From Azolla caroliniana (lineage: Eukaryota > Plantae > Polypodiophyta): DNA of 64,000 bases. The notes under the pieces are model-generated. The model was not told the origin of the DNA. It saw only the letters and a list, made by a program, of their open reading frames with translations, and ran no database searches. This document shows positions 37,648 to 51,049 of this stretch, one piece after another. The position numbers were made by a program, and so were the translations under genes. The DNA lies in assembly GCA_043228905.1 (NCBI GenBank), contig JBHGNT010000016.1:6200001-6264000 (forward strand). The letters run 5' to 3'. Numbering within the stretch: position 1 is the stretch's first letter; the number at the start of each line of letters is the position of its first letter.

Positions 37648-40600
37648 ATGCCCATCCTTCGATCTGCATCGTCCAACAACAGCAAGAAGAAGACAGGGAA
37701 CCTCCATGACCAGGTTCAATCTCAATCTAATCCTGAACCTCCTTTGGCTGCACAGGTAGAACGACCTTCACCTCCATCTCGGAAACGAAGCCTCAGATTG
37801 AGCTCGAAGGCTTCTGGAGATACACGTTTATCACCGGGCCTTACATCTATTAAAGGCATAAGATCAGAAAACCTATTTGAACTCTCCCCTGTTCCGGAAG
37901 CCCCTGTTTGTAAGCTCAATGCCGGAAAGCATGACCTTGATGCTCGAAAACGTAATCTTGATTCGAGTCCTTCTCAAACTCTTTCAAATGGTGGATCATC
38001 TCATGGCAGAGTTCGAGGAAAAAGTAAAACCAGCTTCTTGGGTGTTAAGCCATCGGTTGCTTTTGATACCATTCATCCCCAGCCAAATTGTGATCAGGAT
38101 ATGTTTTCCGATTCAGTTAGTGATCACGTGCTTGCAAAGAGAAACGAGGGTCCTGATTCACCTTCACAACAAATTGCTGCTTCCAACAAAAGGCAGCGGT
38201 TTTCTCAGGGTAGGGCTGTAATAGGCAACTCAGAAATGAATGAAGATGATGACAAGCTGGATATGAGGTTTTCTCATAATGTGGATTTAGGCAATTCAGA
38301 AATGTATAAAGGTGATGACAAGCATGATAAGAAGGTTTCTCATAACAGTGATATAATAAGCACATCAGAAATGTATGAAGGCATGAACAAACTGGATGAG
38401 CGGTTTTCTCATGATAATGATGTAGTAGAACTCGGTAAAGCTGGTAAGCAGGATAAGTGGTTTCCTCATATCAATGATGTCAGAGGCACATCAGAAATTT
38501 ATAAAGATGATGAGAAGGTGGTTTTATCCATTGATTTAGGAGAAGTTCCTGAAGAGAATGATGCAGTGTTAGGGGCTTCCAATGTGCCTTACAAACAAGA
38601 AATGGATTCAGGGATTAGACGAATTCAGGTTCAAGCAGAGGAAGCTGAAACTAGCAGCATCGCTGAAGAAGTGGCAAATGGAGATGTATTATCAGCTCAG
38701 GCTGAATTGGATATGGCAGGACCATCTGACGATGTTGTCAGGGAGGAGGAGGAGGCAGTGTCACCCCGAGCTAATGCACGAGGTAGGAGGAACAGAGCAG
38801 AAGCTTCAAGAGCAAGGTTCTTGCAAATAGCTAGAGAACGAGCCTTCCACTTTGCCCATTTTGATTCAAATGGTAATGAAGCACCAGCTGGAAATATCAG
38901 ACGAAGAGGCCAACACCAACCACCACTGCATCAACAGCCCCGGCCACAAGAGGCACATGCTGATTGGCCGGGTCCTTTCTCTACAGCAAGGCAATTGGTT
39001 GAGAATCGAGCTTTGGCTGCTGCCAATCGCCAGAATGCTATCAAGTGTGAAACCAACGTCTCGTTGGTTGATTGGCATCCAAGGGATTCATCTGATGCTT
39101 CGTTGGAAGAAAAGAAAATTTGGCCATCTCTTCAAGACCTCTGTCTTGAGGTCTTATCTAACAATTCTGAGAATGTTGCCTCTCTGGAAGGAGTGCCAGA
39201 GTTTATTCGGACACTCATCAGTGTTTCATTTTGTAAGCACCGGAAAATGAACGCGAAAGCTCTGTCACTTTTCTTTCAGGGCTCACCCACCGAGATTAGA
39301 GCACCAGATTGCACACAAGTGCCAGAGGCAGAGATGACAGAATTGATGGGACAATTATCAGCAGAGAGATTGGAGGTGAGCTATTATACAAATTGTTCGT
39401 TCAGTATAAAAATAAATTACTCACCTGCTGATCTTATAACATGCGGAACATATGAAAAAAACCTATGTTTTTCTTGTCAAAACTCTCCTTCTAGAGTGTG
39501 TACGTAATGTTATTATGTAAAGATATGATAAAAACCATGTCTTTGTTTTTGTTTAATGGATTAAAAATTTTAATCCCACAAGTATATTCTCCTGCTTTAC
39601 AAGTGACTGTGTCTCGAAACAATAGTTTGCCCCTTAAGGAGGCACCGCTAATAAACTATACAAGGATTGAGGTTCATAGGTATGTAACGTGATTTTCTGG
39701 ACCAGGAATTACATCTCGGATTCTGTGGACGAGCATTATCAGAGAAATGCTTGCTAAGTACAATTTGCAAGTCTCCTGTCACATACCCATTGAAGTCAGT
39801 CTCCCTTCATGGAGCGTATCGACTTACAGACAAGGGTCTTGAATCACTACTGCAATCTTCTCCTAATCTTTCACATCTTGATCTTAGTTCTTGCTCTTTC
39901 TTGACTAATATGGCCATGAAAGCCATTGTCAAGTGTACATCTGATACCTTAGAGTCTCTGGTGCTGGATGGGTGTGCTAATCTCAATGCTGAATCGATAG
40001 TACATGACCTTGTGAAGCTACCGAAACTGCGGAAACTCTCTTTGTCAGCAGTGTGTGGTGTCACTGATGAAATTGTGAGTGAGTTAGGTGTGCAAATGGG
40101 TGGTCAACTGAGAGAGCTGTCTCTTGCCCACTGCATGTAAGAAAGGATTATAAGTTTTCATTAATTTATTGTTTACCGATCCTTTTGTCATTTGATTCGA
40201 AATTTTGATTCATTGATGCTGCTTTACAGCTCTTTGACAGATGCAGCTATTGCAGGGATTGGTGCCTGCTGCCCTTCCCTTCAAGTGTTGAATCTATCAT
40301 ACCTTTCCCTTCTGACTGATATTTCCATTGCTCATATTACCGATGGCATTAGAGCACTTCAAGTTCTTGATCTGAGGAGATGCAAGTTCAGGTGTGTGTG
40401 TGTTTGTTGTGTATACAACTCTGTGGCTTTAGTGTCAGAGGGCAATTAAATGCTAACTAGACCTGTTTACATTGTCAGTGATGAAGGAGTTGCTGCATTC
40501 GTCACTGCTTCGGGAGGCTCACTTGTGAACTTTTCTGTAAACTCAGTGCAGCAGGTATATATATCACTCTGTTTTACTATTTATTTATAGTTTCGTTCTT

Positions 40601-40951
40601 CTGTTTGGCAGCCTTCTGGTTTGACTGGATTAAAAATGATGTTATCAGGTTGGGGAACAAACTTTGTTGGCACTTGCAAAGCACAGCAATGCCAGCTTGC
40701 AGCAATTAGATGTGTCATTTTGTAGATCCGTAACCGATGAGTGCCTTGGATTTCTAGCAGACCACAGCCCACACCTATCTGTGTTGAAGCTTTTTGGGTG
40801 CACTCAGGTAAAAACAGATCCCAATTGAGATCAGACTTCAATTGGTTGCATCTCTCTATCTGTCTCTCATGGGCTTGGACTATGTTTCCAGGTAACTGAA
40901 AAGTTTTTGAAGGGTCACAGAAATTGCAATTTGACAGTTGTTGGTTTGTAG
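37648..40951 (+). CDS. RAD7/rhp7-like LRR (RNI-like) DNA-repair protein, about 871 aa; exons 37648-39375, 39706-40136, 40230-40391, 40479-40554, 40649-40807, 40892-40951
   Basis: Motifs ARERAFHFAHF, DWPGPFSTA, BC-box-like PSLQDLCLEVL, SLEGVP, LHLGFCGR, SLHGAYRLTDKGL, LRRs, and a C-terminus LDVSFCRSVTDECLG...LKLFGCTQVTEKFLKGHRN. Splice phases are consistent (2616 nt). Confidence 0.85.
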
Positions 40952-42363
40952 CTCCAGGCTCCTCAATCTATAGGAAAACTGCTATCATGACATAGCAGTG
41001 ATGCCAACTATGTTCATATTTGTGTGCTCAGAAATTGCTGAGCTTGTTCTTTTTTGTTGTTATTGTTGGCAAAAGTTTTCCATTATGTTATCTCTTGGCT
41101 GCTCTTTTTGCAAAGCCAACCATCAATTGATAAAATGGATCAGTGATGCCTGCTTTCTCAACTTCCTGTAATATATTGTATGTACGTACCATAAACACAC
41201 TTTTAAGTAATTTCATGATCCAAATATAATTTTCTTCTCATAATTTGTTGGAGCCATGTTCTTGGTTCAAGTATTATGATGTCATGTTTGTTGTCTCCAT
41301 CAATGCAAATGCCAAATTTAGGTGCAATATGGCTGGGCAAACTTCTGTTGTCCAAATCACTGCAAAGAGAAATTGTATTATGTGGTTAGCCCAAGAAACA
41401 AAAGCGCATAAACAATTGGAGCAATCTACTGTAAAAATATGAACATAATGTGTGAATGAGATTGATTGCTCAGTACCATGTGCTTTGCCGCATGTTTGGT
41501 GCTTTGCTTTCCTGGCCTCTGAGGTGGGGAATCCTAGCATTTGAAGTCAAGATTCTCACATACATTGAGAAAGCTCACCCTAATCCCCATACATGGCAAA
41601 TGATTGGTTAGCCAACAGAGCAACATGAGCAGCCTCACGAAGCTGCCTTTCACATGCCAGGTTTTGTCCAATTTATTTCACCACGGCTGTTAGTACTGAT
41701 CAAGGAGATAATTACCACATTATACTCCAACCTTCTGTCAGAGTCTTTGCCTTGGCACCCAAATTGTCTGGCATTGATCACGAGGCACACACCCCTGTGC
41801 TTCTCCTCCCCCACCCTCCATCACCGACAAATCTCTCCTGCTCTGCAATGAGTACTGCATCACCGCCCTATGTTGTGGTTTTCCATTCATGATTATTAAC
41901 CCCATGAGCATGAATTCTGTTCCAGAAAGACCCAAATCAGCACCACATTGAGTGAAGTTAACAAAATACATCTGAAAGCACATGAGACTTTTGGCTTCAC
42001 AGGTGGTCTCTGTCCCATAATGGTTGTGGGCAGCCGCAGGAAGCAGAAGCGAAAGCAACCGTTCTTTGCCAACAAAGTCCAGGTCAACGTTGGACAATGC
42101 CATCGAAGCATTTCCATGATCGATGCTAGTGGCCAGCTTCTAGGAAGGGCTGCAATGGCCGAAGAGAGGTTCTTTTGGGCACTCAGAGGTGGCTGCTAGG
42201 AGCATCAGCATTGGCATGGTGTCGAAGCTGAACCTCCAGAATGTCATGCCAATGGGAACTGCCTTCATGCTAACCTATGACTTGAAAATTAGTGGTAGCA
42301 GATGATAGTAGGTGGCATAGCATCTCTTTCTTTCTGCCCCAGCACTTATTGGGTGATGTCCAG

Positions 42364-42900
42364 TCAAAGATCCAAAAAAAGTTGAGTCAATCCTAAAAAT
42401 CCTACGACAAAAAGTTTGCCGCTATAATTGACAATGGTCACTGGGCTCCGACAAACCATTGGGCCAGATGACTCATTGAAGACGGGCCCGTTTGTGCGTT
42501 CATTGGTAATGCTGGCATTGCAAGGATTGAATTGAGGCATCTTCCAAAACCAATCAACGGTATCCAATGATATCACGACCATTGAGAGAATTGGGGATCT
42601 TATAACAAAATCCATAGAAATTCTCTTTTGAGGTCCAAATTGAGCAGGTAATGTTTGTATAACCCAATGGAGGATGTGCCTAGGGCCTTTGCTCAACAAC
42701 ATATATGACATGATGAAACACACGGATCGATACAACAACGCAGATTTTCATGATATAGAACTCCAAGCTTGCATGGGTCATCGAAAACATACACAAGGAC
42801 ATCATGAAATAGAAGACCATTGTGTGTTTGGAGATGCTCTTAGTTTGATTATACATGCCCGAGAAGACAAAGCCGAATCAAGATGTGAAAAGACATCATG
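42364..42900 (-). mobile_element. Degenerate Gypsy integrase fragment
   Basis: ISMDFVIRSP...DTVDWFWKMPQFNPC resembles ISMDFI..LP...VVDRFSKMAHFIPC. Confidence 0.65.
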
Positions 42901-44468
42901 TGATAATGGTTCCCACATATGAGATTCTTGAATTTATATCTTTTTTAAAGAGAAAATTAGTGAAACCAATTTCAAATGTACGAAATCATCCAATTTCTTT
43001 CTACAAAAAGGGAAGTCAAACAATACAAAGACATTTGGATATAGAAAGAAGATAACGGGTTTTGTGAGAGAATTGTAGTAAGCAGATGGAAGTTATATTT
43101 GTCTTTTTGTTGGAGAGAGATTCATGGAATCCATTAGGGACCGGGGTTAGTTGAAGTTGAGAAGTTGTCACATCAGCATTTATGGGCTTGTCATAAAGAG
43201 GGAGTGGGCAAGAGACAATTTGAATTGAATTGTGTATAATAATTCAACTTTGGTCAATTCTTTTAGTTAGTGTATACAAATTCTTTTACATAAAACAACT
43301 TGACACTTTCCACTCATATGATGAGTCTACTTGGTTATGAGTATGCTATGGATGTATGATTGCATGGGTCTTGGATGGTCGTTCACAAGTCATGTGTGGT
43401 CATCATGGATGTTCATGCATATGTGTGATGGATAGACTTGCATGGAGAGGAGAAAACAAACTTTTACAACACCAACGTGGGTCTAAAGATTGCCATCAGA
43501 GAAGAAATCTCATCTTCTCAATTAGGAAGTTCGCACACACAAGCTTACCAAAAGAAATTCGTACCCCCCCTTATCTGTTCCACATTTAAATGACCCACAT
43601 GGACAAGCAAGTACAATGAATCCATCATTGAAACTCTTTGAAACCAACGAAGACATTTTGTCACAACAATTAATTAGACAAAAAATAGATAAAGAGATGA
43701 ATATGATTTTTGGACATGAGATATTACTATCATGTATGTATGTATGTTTGGTGGTATTGACAAAAACATTTCGAGGAACCAAATATTCATGACCTATTAT
43801 TCGTAGCCCACCTCAAATATCAGAGTTAAACAAAAATTGGTACATCTTTAACTTGGGGTGAATGTCAAACAAAAACATGGATTTAAAAAGTTCTAGAGTG
43901 TTTGGAATAGGTTTCGATTTGGGTTTTTATATTGGAATTCTCTTAGTCTTCAAATTCTCTTCTCCATTTTAGATGCCCAATAATTGTAACTTGTAAGTGT
44001 AAAAAACAAGTCTTTCGTTAAGATGATATTCATGCACTCTTGTCATGAAGGTAAACTTTAATCAAACATGTGTGATTTTGTGGAAGTTCTTGTCAATTTC
44101 GCAAACCAACATGTCCGTCTCAATGAATGATGATGGGAAATTATTTCTAAACATTTGAGCTCAAGCATGATGAAATTGCTTAAAATTAAGAACGTTTCAG
44201 TTTCGAAGTATTTAATTAAGATTCTGAAATGGCAAATTAGGAAGTGTTACAAGTTATGCACTTACAATTTCGTGGAAAATTTCATGTCACTTTGTGTCTA
44301 TAGGAAAAACATGTCATTGAACATGTAGAAATATGTTGACTGATGGTCACCATAACATTTGCCATTGTTCACATGAATCTGAATAGCTTGTCTTTCCACA
44401 GTTATCGGGTGATAGAAACCCTACTAAATTTGGAATATCATACAATCGCAACTCAAAGATCGACCTCT

Positions 44469-44501
<33 letters not shown>

Positions 44502-45764
44502 GGAACTCAACTTTGGGTAGAGATAATATGCTACTTTATGGAAAATGTTTGAATCAACCATGGTAAAATGAGGATAGTATGTATTATGGTAGTTCGTTAT
44601 GCAAAGTCATATATAATTGTCCTAATACCTTATGGTATATTGATTTCATAACATCAAGTTTGAGATTAGTTAGGTGGTAGCAACTACAGTGCAAACACTA
44701 TGATAATTTCGATTGAAAGAGGTACTCCCATCTGCACAACTCTTGCATCTCGATGGAAAAGAAAGTATTAAGTATAAATTCACTAGTATGATGAAAGCCT
44801 GCCTTGGAAAATGTAAGAAATGCAATCTACTCTCATGTAACCTAGGTTATCACATTTAGAGATGTGCAAAATCAAGTTTTATACATTTTCCTAGGTACGA
44901 TCATATTCGATGATCGTTATTTGCTTCACCTTTTTTGTGGCCCTATTGTTAACTTAGTGACAAATGATCCACGGACAATTTGATTATTTAATAGAAAAAC
45001 AACTATCACATCTATTATAAGTTAATTCAAGATACAGATTTATTACTGGCGAAGTTGCCAATCTACATGCATATTAAGTGATGTGTATCGTCACCTTAGA
45101 TATTGAGGTCTTTGGTACAATTATAGTATGAGAAATGGGTTCTTGTTTGATGGTATTTATGAATTACTATAACAAGTACCTAGGTTGAATTGAAAATTGA
45201 TTTGGTGTGGTGACCCCATACGAAAAGATCTAAAAAATATATCACACAACCATTGCACAGAATTTAAACTTGTGACATCATAGTCACACGTCAAAAACAT
45301 TTCACCAACGTACTAAACGCGTGATGTTAAAAGAGATTCACCAAGAGATTTAGGGAAATTCTAGAAGTTACATACATGTTTAACACTCTTGTTCGATGTA
45401 TTGACATCTTCTGCAAAGACACATAAATGCTCTACATGTGTTATAATCTCCCGTTAGATTGGCAAGATTTGGTCCTTTGATTCCAAGGGCTAGGGCCTAC
45501 CCTCATTCTGATCGAACTATTACAAGTCAAGGATAGTCTTGAGCCCTCCAATGTCTATCCTATGCCTTGTGCAACCATCCAATCTTTGTCATTTGAAAAC
45601 CTTATCAGGTAATACATTATCTCTTAGTTGTGTGTCACTTTTCTTGTATATTTGAGCAAAACCTCATATATGGATTTACTTTCATAAAGGTTGGTGCTAG
45701 TTTGAACTAGAAATAGAACCCTTTTTAAGCCCATTGGAAATTCTCTCTCTTTCACATAGTTACA

Positions 45765-45922
45765 TTTTTTTTCATAAGATGTAACCTCTTGTTTGGTCGA
45801 ATAGGTGATTTTGGCGTCTTAAAAGAGGTTAATATATCCTGCGTGCTTGATTTTTAGAATTTGAACCTATGACCCTTTCATTACCACAAAACATTCTTTG
45901 CCATTAAGGTATAAAGTAGTTG
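45765..45922 (-). mobile_element. Putative tRNA-derived SINE with A/B boxes, poly(A) tail and near-perfect TSD
   Basis: Minus-strand A box TACCTTAATGG (45911-45901) and B box GGTTCAAATTC (45867-45857) are 33 nt apart. A8 tail at 45772-45765. Flanks are TAGTTACA (45757-45764) and TAATTACA (45923-45930). Confidence 0.6.
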
Positions 45923-47951
45923 TAATTACAATATAATAATAGATTGCTCAAGTAGGACAATTTATGAGGAAACATTAAATTGATATTTTTTTTTAATTGT
46001 AAACCAATCACTCTTTGACACAATAATGGGAAATTTTTTATTTACTATCTATATAAAAGCTTTGAATATCATACTCACCCATAATTTTGTATTCTTCCTT
46101 CTCTTTGTCTTTGGTGCCTTGCTAGATTTGTTGGAAGGTGAGGGTGGGGTGTACAAAGTGGTGAAGCTAACAAACAATATCATGATGCAGGTTAAAGCAC
46201 TTAATTACATGACATTTATTAGTTTAGACACAAATCAAGAAATCATAGGTTATTAGTTTAGAACACAAAGTTCTCTCTCTCTCTCTCTCAATTAGGCATA
46301 ACCACTGTACTATCACTCACTCTATGGTTAATTTTTAAGGCTTTCCTTCCCTTTGTTATAAAACATTCTTCTTTAGCTTTTTATGGAGGTGGGGTCATAA
46401 GGTAAGGTTTGTGCCACTACCACTATTGTCTCAAAGCCATATTCTGCTCGAATCGAATCGGATGTTTGTACGGGACATAAAGAATTCAACAATGACCCTT
46501 GTCCTTTACTTTTAATATATATACTATACGATTGTACTTAGTAGTATTTTATCCGACCTATTACGATATTATTGGTATCCCTAGTCTACCTAGGCCTTCA
46601 TAATTATATGTGGCCATAGGTTCGCAGTGTATATATTCATACCCTGCTCATTAGGTTGCCAGTAGATGGTGACGACCCAAATTATGCTTATAATAACTGG
46701 ATCCATTTCTACTAGAGGCATTCATAATTCTATTCTTTCTCAATAGATGTGACAAAGTCTAGTTCCCATAGGAAACTTATATTTGTAGTTTAATGCTTTT
46801 TATACAACTTATTCTTATTGTAGTCCCTTCAAGAATCTCTTCAAATAATGGATTGCTACATCTCTTGTTAGTTTTTGCATGTGCCCTTGTTGGGGGGGGT
46901 AGTAATTCACGCATTCGGTCTATTAAATATCCAGTAATATTGAAACGTTTCGACGAACAAGAGTGGGAGTCTAAAGTGACAAATACAAGGATACTTGGAT
47001 AAATTAGGGCAGAACTAGTAGTTGTATCATGTATGCAAGTTGCAACATCATTAGTCACGATAAAATTAGCATAGTAGTAGTCCTATACAAAATTGATTTC
47101 GGTATTAGACGTGATAGCATGAATTTAGAGGTTTTGGAAGATCATGCTCCTCTAAGGGATAGGTTGAGTCATGGACATTATAGGGCAATTTATATTTATA
47201 GTGACACTCTACTTTATGGTTATCATGGCACATTAATAGATATCCATGCATGATCACCAAAGGGCAAGCTCCATGCATCATAACTTCTTCTTCTTCTTCT
47301 GCTTCTCTTTTTCTCAATCTATAAGACTTATGACTTTGGAATGGAATCTCTCACCTTCTTCTTTTTACTTAGAGAGCCCTACTAATGTAATGAGCTTTTC
47401 TTGTCGTGATAGAGTCCATGAATAAACAAAGATTTGTTTCATGAATGCGCGGCATTATATATAGAGTCCCATCAATAAACAAACTTGATTCATTACATGA
47501 ATGTGTGGCATAACCATACCTAGTAGCCCTTACTTCTCCTTTATCTTTATTTAATAAAATCCCTTTCCCATGACTATCATGTCTCGATCCGAATTTTTGT
47601 TTTTGGCGTAATCGGCCCTTGTCACCTTCGTCCCATTATTATATTTCGTAGTTGTACCTTCAATTATTCGTGGCATTCATGAGACAAATGATGAGAGAAA
47701 CATTGGTCATGACATGACAAATATTTGTCCCCCCCCCCCCCCCCTTAGCATTACCTTAATCACCATGATTAGTGTCTAACCCAATATATGCAATCAATGC
47801 ATAGAAACGGAGTTCGCATAATTCCTTTATCAAAGGGGTTATTATTGCGTGCTCTTTGAAATAATAATTCCACAAAAATTCATTCCTGCATAAATTGCAG
47901 AATTAAACTCCTCCTCTGGAGCAAGATGCAATAGAAATTGAGGAAACCTTT

Positions 47952-47985
<34 letters not shown>

Positions 47986-49727
47986 TCTCTTTTTAAATGA
48001 AATTTGATCATGAAACTTTTGGGAATATTGCCTCTGTTAACATTACTCATAGCTTTTGAATGGAATTGTTGAAGTTAGTGCTGGGAGCTATCAATTTTGT
48101 ATGTGACTCCCCAAAATTTAGCAAATCTTCATGAATTTCTTCAAATCCTTTGCTGGACATGAATAATAGATGATAGAATGACAGAATGGATTAACGATTG
48201 GATTTACAATTTAGTTTCAACTATTAAAGCAAATGGCAGGAATCAGCAAAGAAGGAAGTCCAACACTGAGGTGGGGGATAGCTTTAAGAGGTAAGGGTCA
48301 CTAGGTGGCTATAATTCCTAAATTTCTTGTTTTCTTTCTGTGGATGTAGTTCAAATAGGTTAATCAATCAAGAAATGAGCAAATAATGGTGGGTTTTGAC
48401 CTAATTAATAACTAATAAGGATGATTTCAGCTCTGGTACCATGTTAAATCATCATTAAAATAAGGAATAATTGTACCCCATTAGCTACAGATCAATATGT
48501 TATAATATTTGAATGCCAGAGTTTAACATGACATTCATGAAAGTGGATACTAGCTTGGATTTTAACTATCTCTTTCTCTCTCACACACAGAGAGAGCCAT
48601 TAAATCTTTATTAGATGAGAGCTATAATTTATACAAATGAGAACCACTGGTCCAATTAATGCAACTAATCATGCAAATGAGAAGGCCCTCAACCCTCCCA
48701 ATCCATACAATTTAACCTTCCTCATATGTCATCGAGCACAGGAACAATACAGTTCAGGTTATACCAGATATATACATACATGGATTCAAGCAATAATTTC
48801 AAATCCTTAGGCATTGCATTTTTTTATATGCATGTTTTCTGAAACAAGTAATATGTCCCAATTTATATGCATTCTAAGGCAAATTATATTTTATATGCAA
48901 TGATGTTTTCTGAACACTTTGTATGTCCCAATTTTAAAGCAGCATTTTGCTGGACTTGGCGACATGTCATGAAATCGGAAGTTTCAGATCTTCTATGAAG
49001 CCTGAGGAATTGCTGACAAAAAATGTGTTTATATGTCCATGTGCCCAAAGAGATTTTATAAGTTAGAACTTAAAACGATGAGAAAATTGTGTTTTCAGAC
49101 CGTGAAAGCGACGAGAATGGTGAAAAATGTAGCTGCCAAGATTTGACCCCAACATACCCACAATAACCAGACACAAAGGATGCTTAAGAGGACTTTTGAA
49201 CCTATGAATCTATCAAACAAAGCTAGAAAATGAACTTTTTGAGTATAAGTTCATACTAAGAACCATGTCAATGCTCCAAGCTATATTAACAAGAAAAACA
49301 GTCCTCTGATCCAACAAAATGCTAGTAAGGGTCAAGCAGACAATCACATCTGTTAAACAAGTTCCTTCTGGGTGAGTATCATGTGATTTCTATCGATGAG
49401 TTGATGGTGCTGGAGAGCCTTCTTGTTAAATAGATATTAGCTAGATATTTGTAGCATCCATAGAGAGGCCAATCTTGACCCCCCATGGGACCCTAAGTAC
49501 AAATGTTTTCTTGTTGTAGAGAAGGGATCGAAGATCGGAGACGAAACTAAATGGAACCTCGCCTAACATTCCGGCATATGAACAGGTTTGTTCGGTGTAA
49601 ATGGATTTATCAGCTGCAATACAATGCATTAGCTAAGAGCTTCGCAATGACCATTCGATATCTGAAGAGGAAGTTGAGCCAGAAAAATCAACATGGAGCA
49701 ACTTAATATGGCAAATACTGCAGATTG

Positions 49728-49915
49728 CAAATACTGCGGTCTCGCACACGAGGTTCAAGCAAGCAAGATTGCCCCAAAGTTTGAATCTTTGTACATAACT
49801 TATAATGCAGAAACTTTTGTGTGCGCAATACTGCGGTCTTACACACGGAGATCACGCGAAGCAAGATTGGCTCCCAAGTTTGAATCTTAGGTGCAAAACT
49901 TATAATGCCGAAAAA
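49728..49915. repeat. About 97-bp imperfect tandem duplication
   Basis: AATACTGCGGTCT..CACACG...AAGCAAGATTG..CC.AAGTTTGAATCTT...ACTTATAATGC.GAAA occurs twice. Confidence 0.8.
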
Positions 49916-51049
49916 AGATTTGTGGTGTCGTTCGGAGTCAATATACATAGCTTGATGCATGTCATTGTATTGCATTCGTCGCGATCGGATTTATAAAAAC
50001 AGATTCATGTCGAACCTCAATGTTAGAAGCAGGTGGGAAGTGGTTTCAAAATGCGCGATATATTGCCGCGGCGTCTGAGCCAAGAGGCTACCATGTCTTG
50101 GAGCAAAGGCAAGCTGCCATAGATGGAAATTTTTTGGACATGTTGATTAATATGCTGAAAGGTACAAGTAGTAGGACATCTAACATGAAGCCATGGCTTC
50201 TTCCACCTCACATTGTGGAGTGATTTAGTGGAAATCAAGACAATCAGGAGGAGGGCAGGGCAACAGTTGTTTTTCAAGAAGGAAACTTGGGAGTATGTCT
50301 ATACATACATTGTTGCTGTCTATGGAGACTGTATACAAAGGAAGCATTGTGGCTTTCCCAATGTAGTTAACAAGATTTATATTGGCAATAAATAGTTAAC
50401 AAGACTACATATACACTAGATGGGTGTGTAGATTAGGACCTAGCTAGACATGAAGTGTGTGCCAAAGGTCCTAGTCTCTAGATATTAGTAGATACATACA
50501 TACATGGATGTAGATAGATTTTTATTCCCTATATTGTTCTGTCCAAGCACTCATTTGGGAAGTTAATTTAATCGAATAAAGATTCCTCCGACGATGAGGT
50601 GGGTAGTGAATACTTCGGGGATACAACAATTAATTTCGTCGGGGAAGTTGTAAGTTGTAACACTCCCATGTTCCCCGGTTTCGGACTTTGCTTCACTTTG
50701 TGGGTCTCGGCATACTCTTCCCACCCTTTTATTTATTTTTTGGTTCGTGTCATCTTGGAGGTACTCACGTTGTGATCCGAACAAATTATACGCCTCCTCA
50801 CTTTGTGCACTTCATATAAACCATTGACGGATTTCCTTGTTGGCAAGGAGTCCAACATACATCCCCTATATGTTAGTATATTGTTTGGCGCGTGTGTGCT
50901 CATCGTTGTGCATGTGTCCCCTAAGTTAGGAAAATGTGCATGCGTACACATAGAGTGTGACTACCTATATTTTTGGATCTCAGTTTATTTCTAACACTTT
51001 CAATTGCTAAGTGGCTATGTCAAACTCATTCCTCTAGGTAGTAACAAAG

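Noticed and set aside
43900-47240. Stretches with coding-like texture, including ORF 46777-47058
   Set aside because: No motif could be recognised and all frames have frequent stops. Probably old TE debris that cannot be classified without a search.
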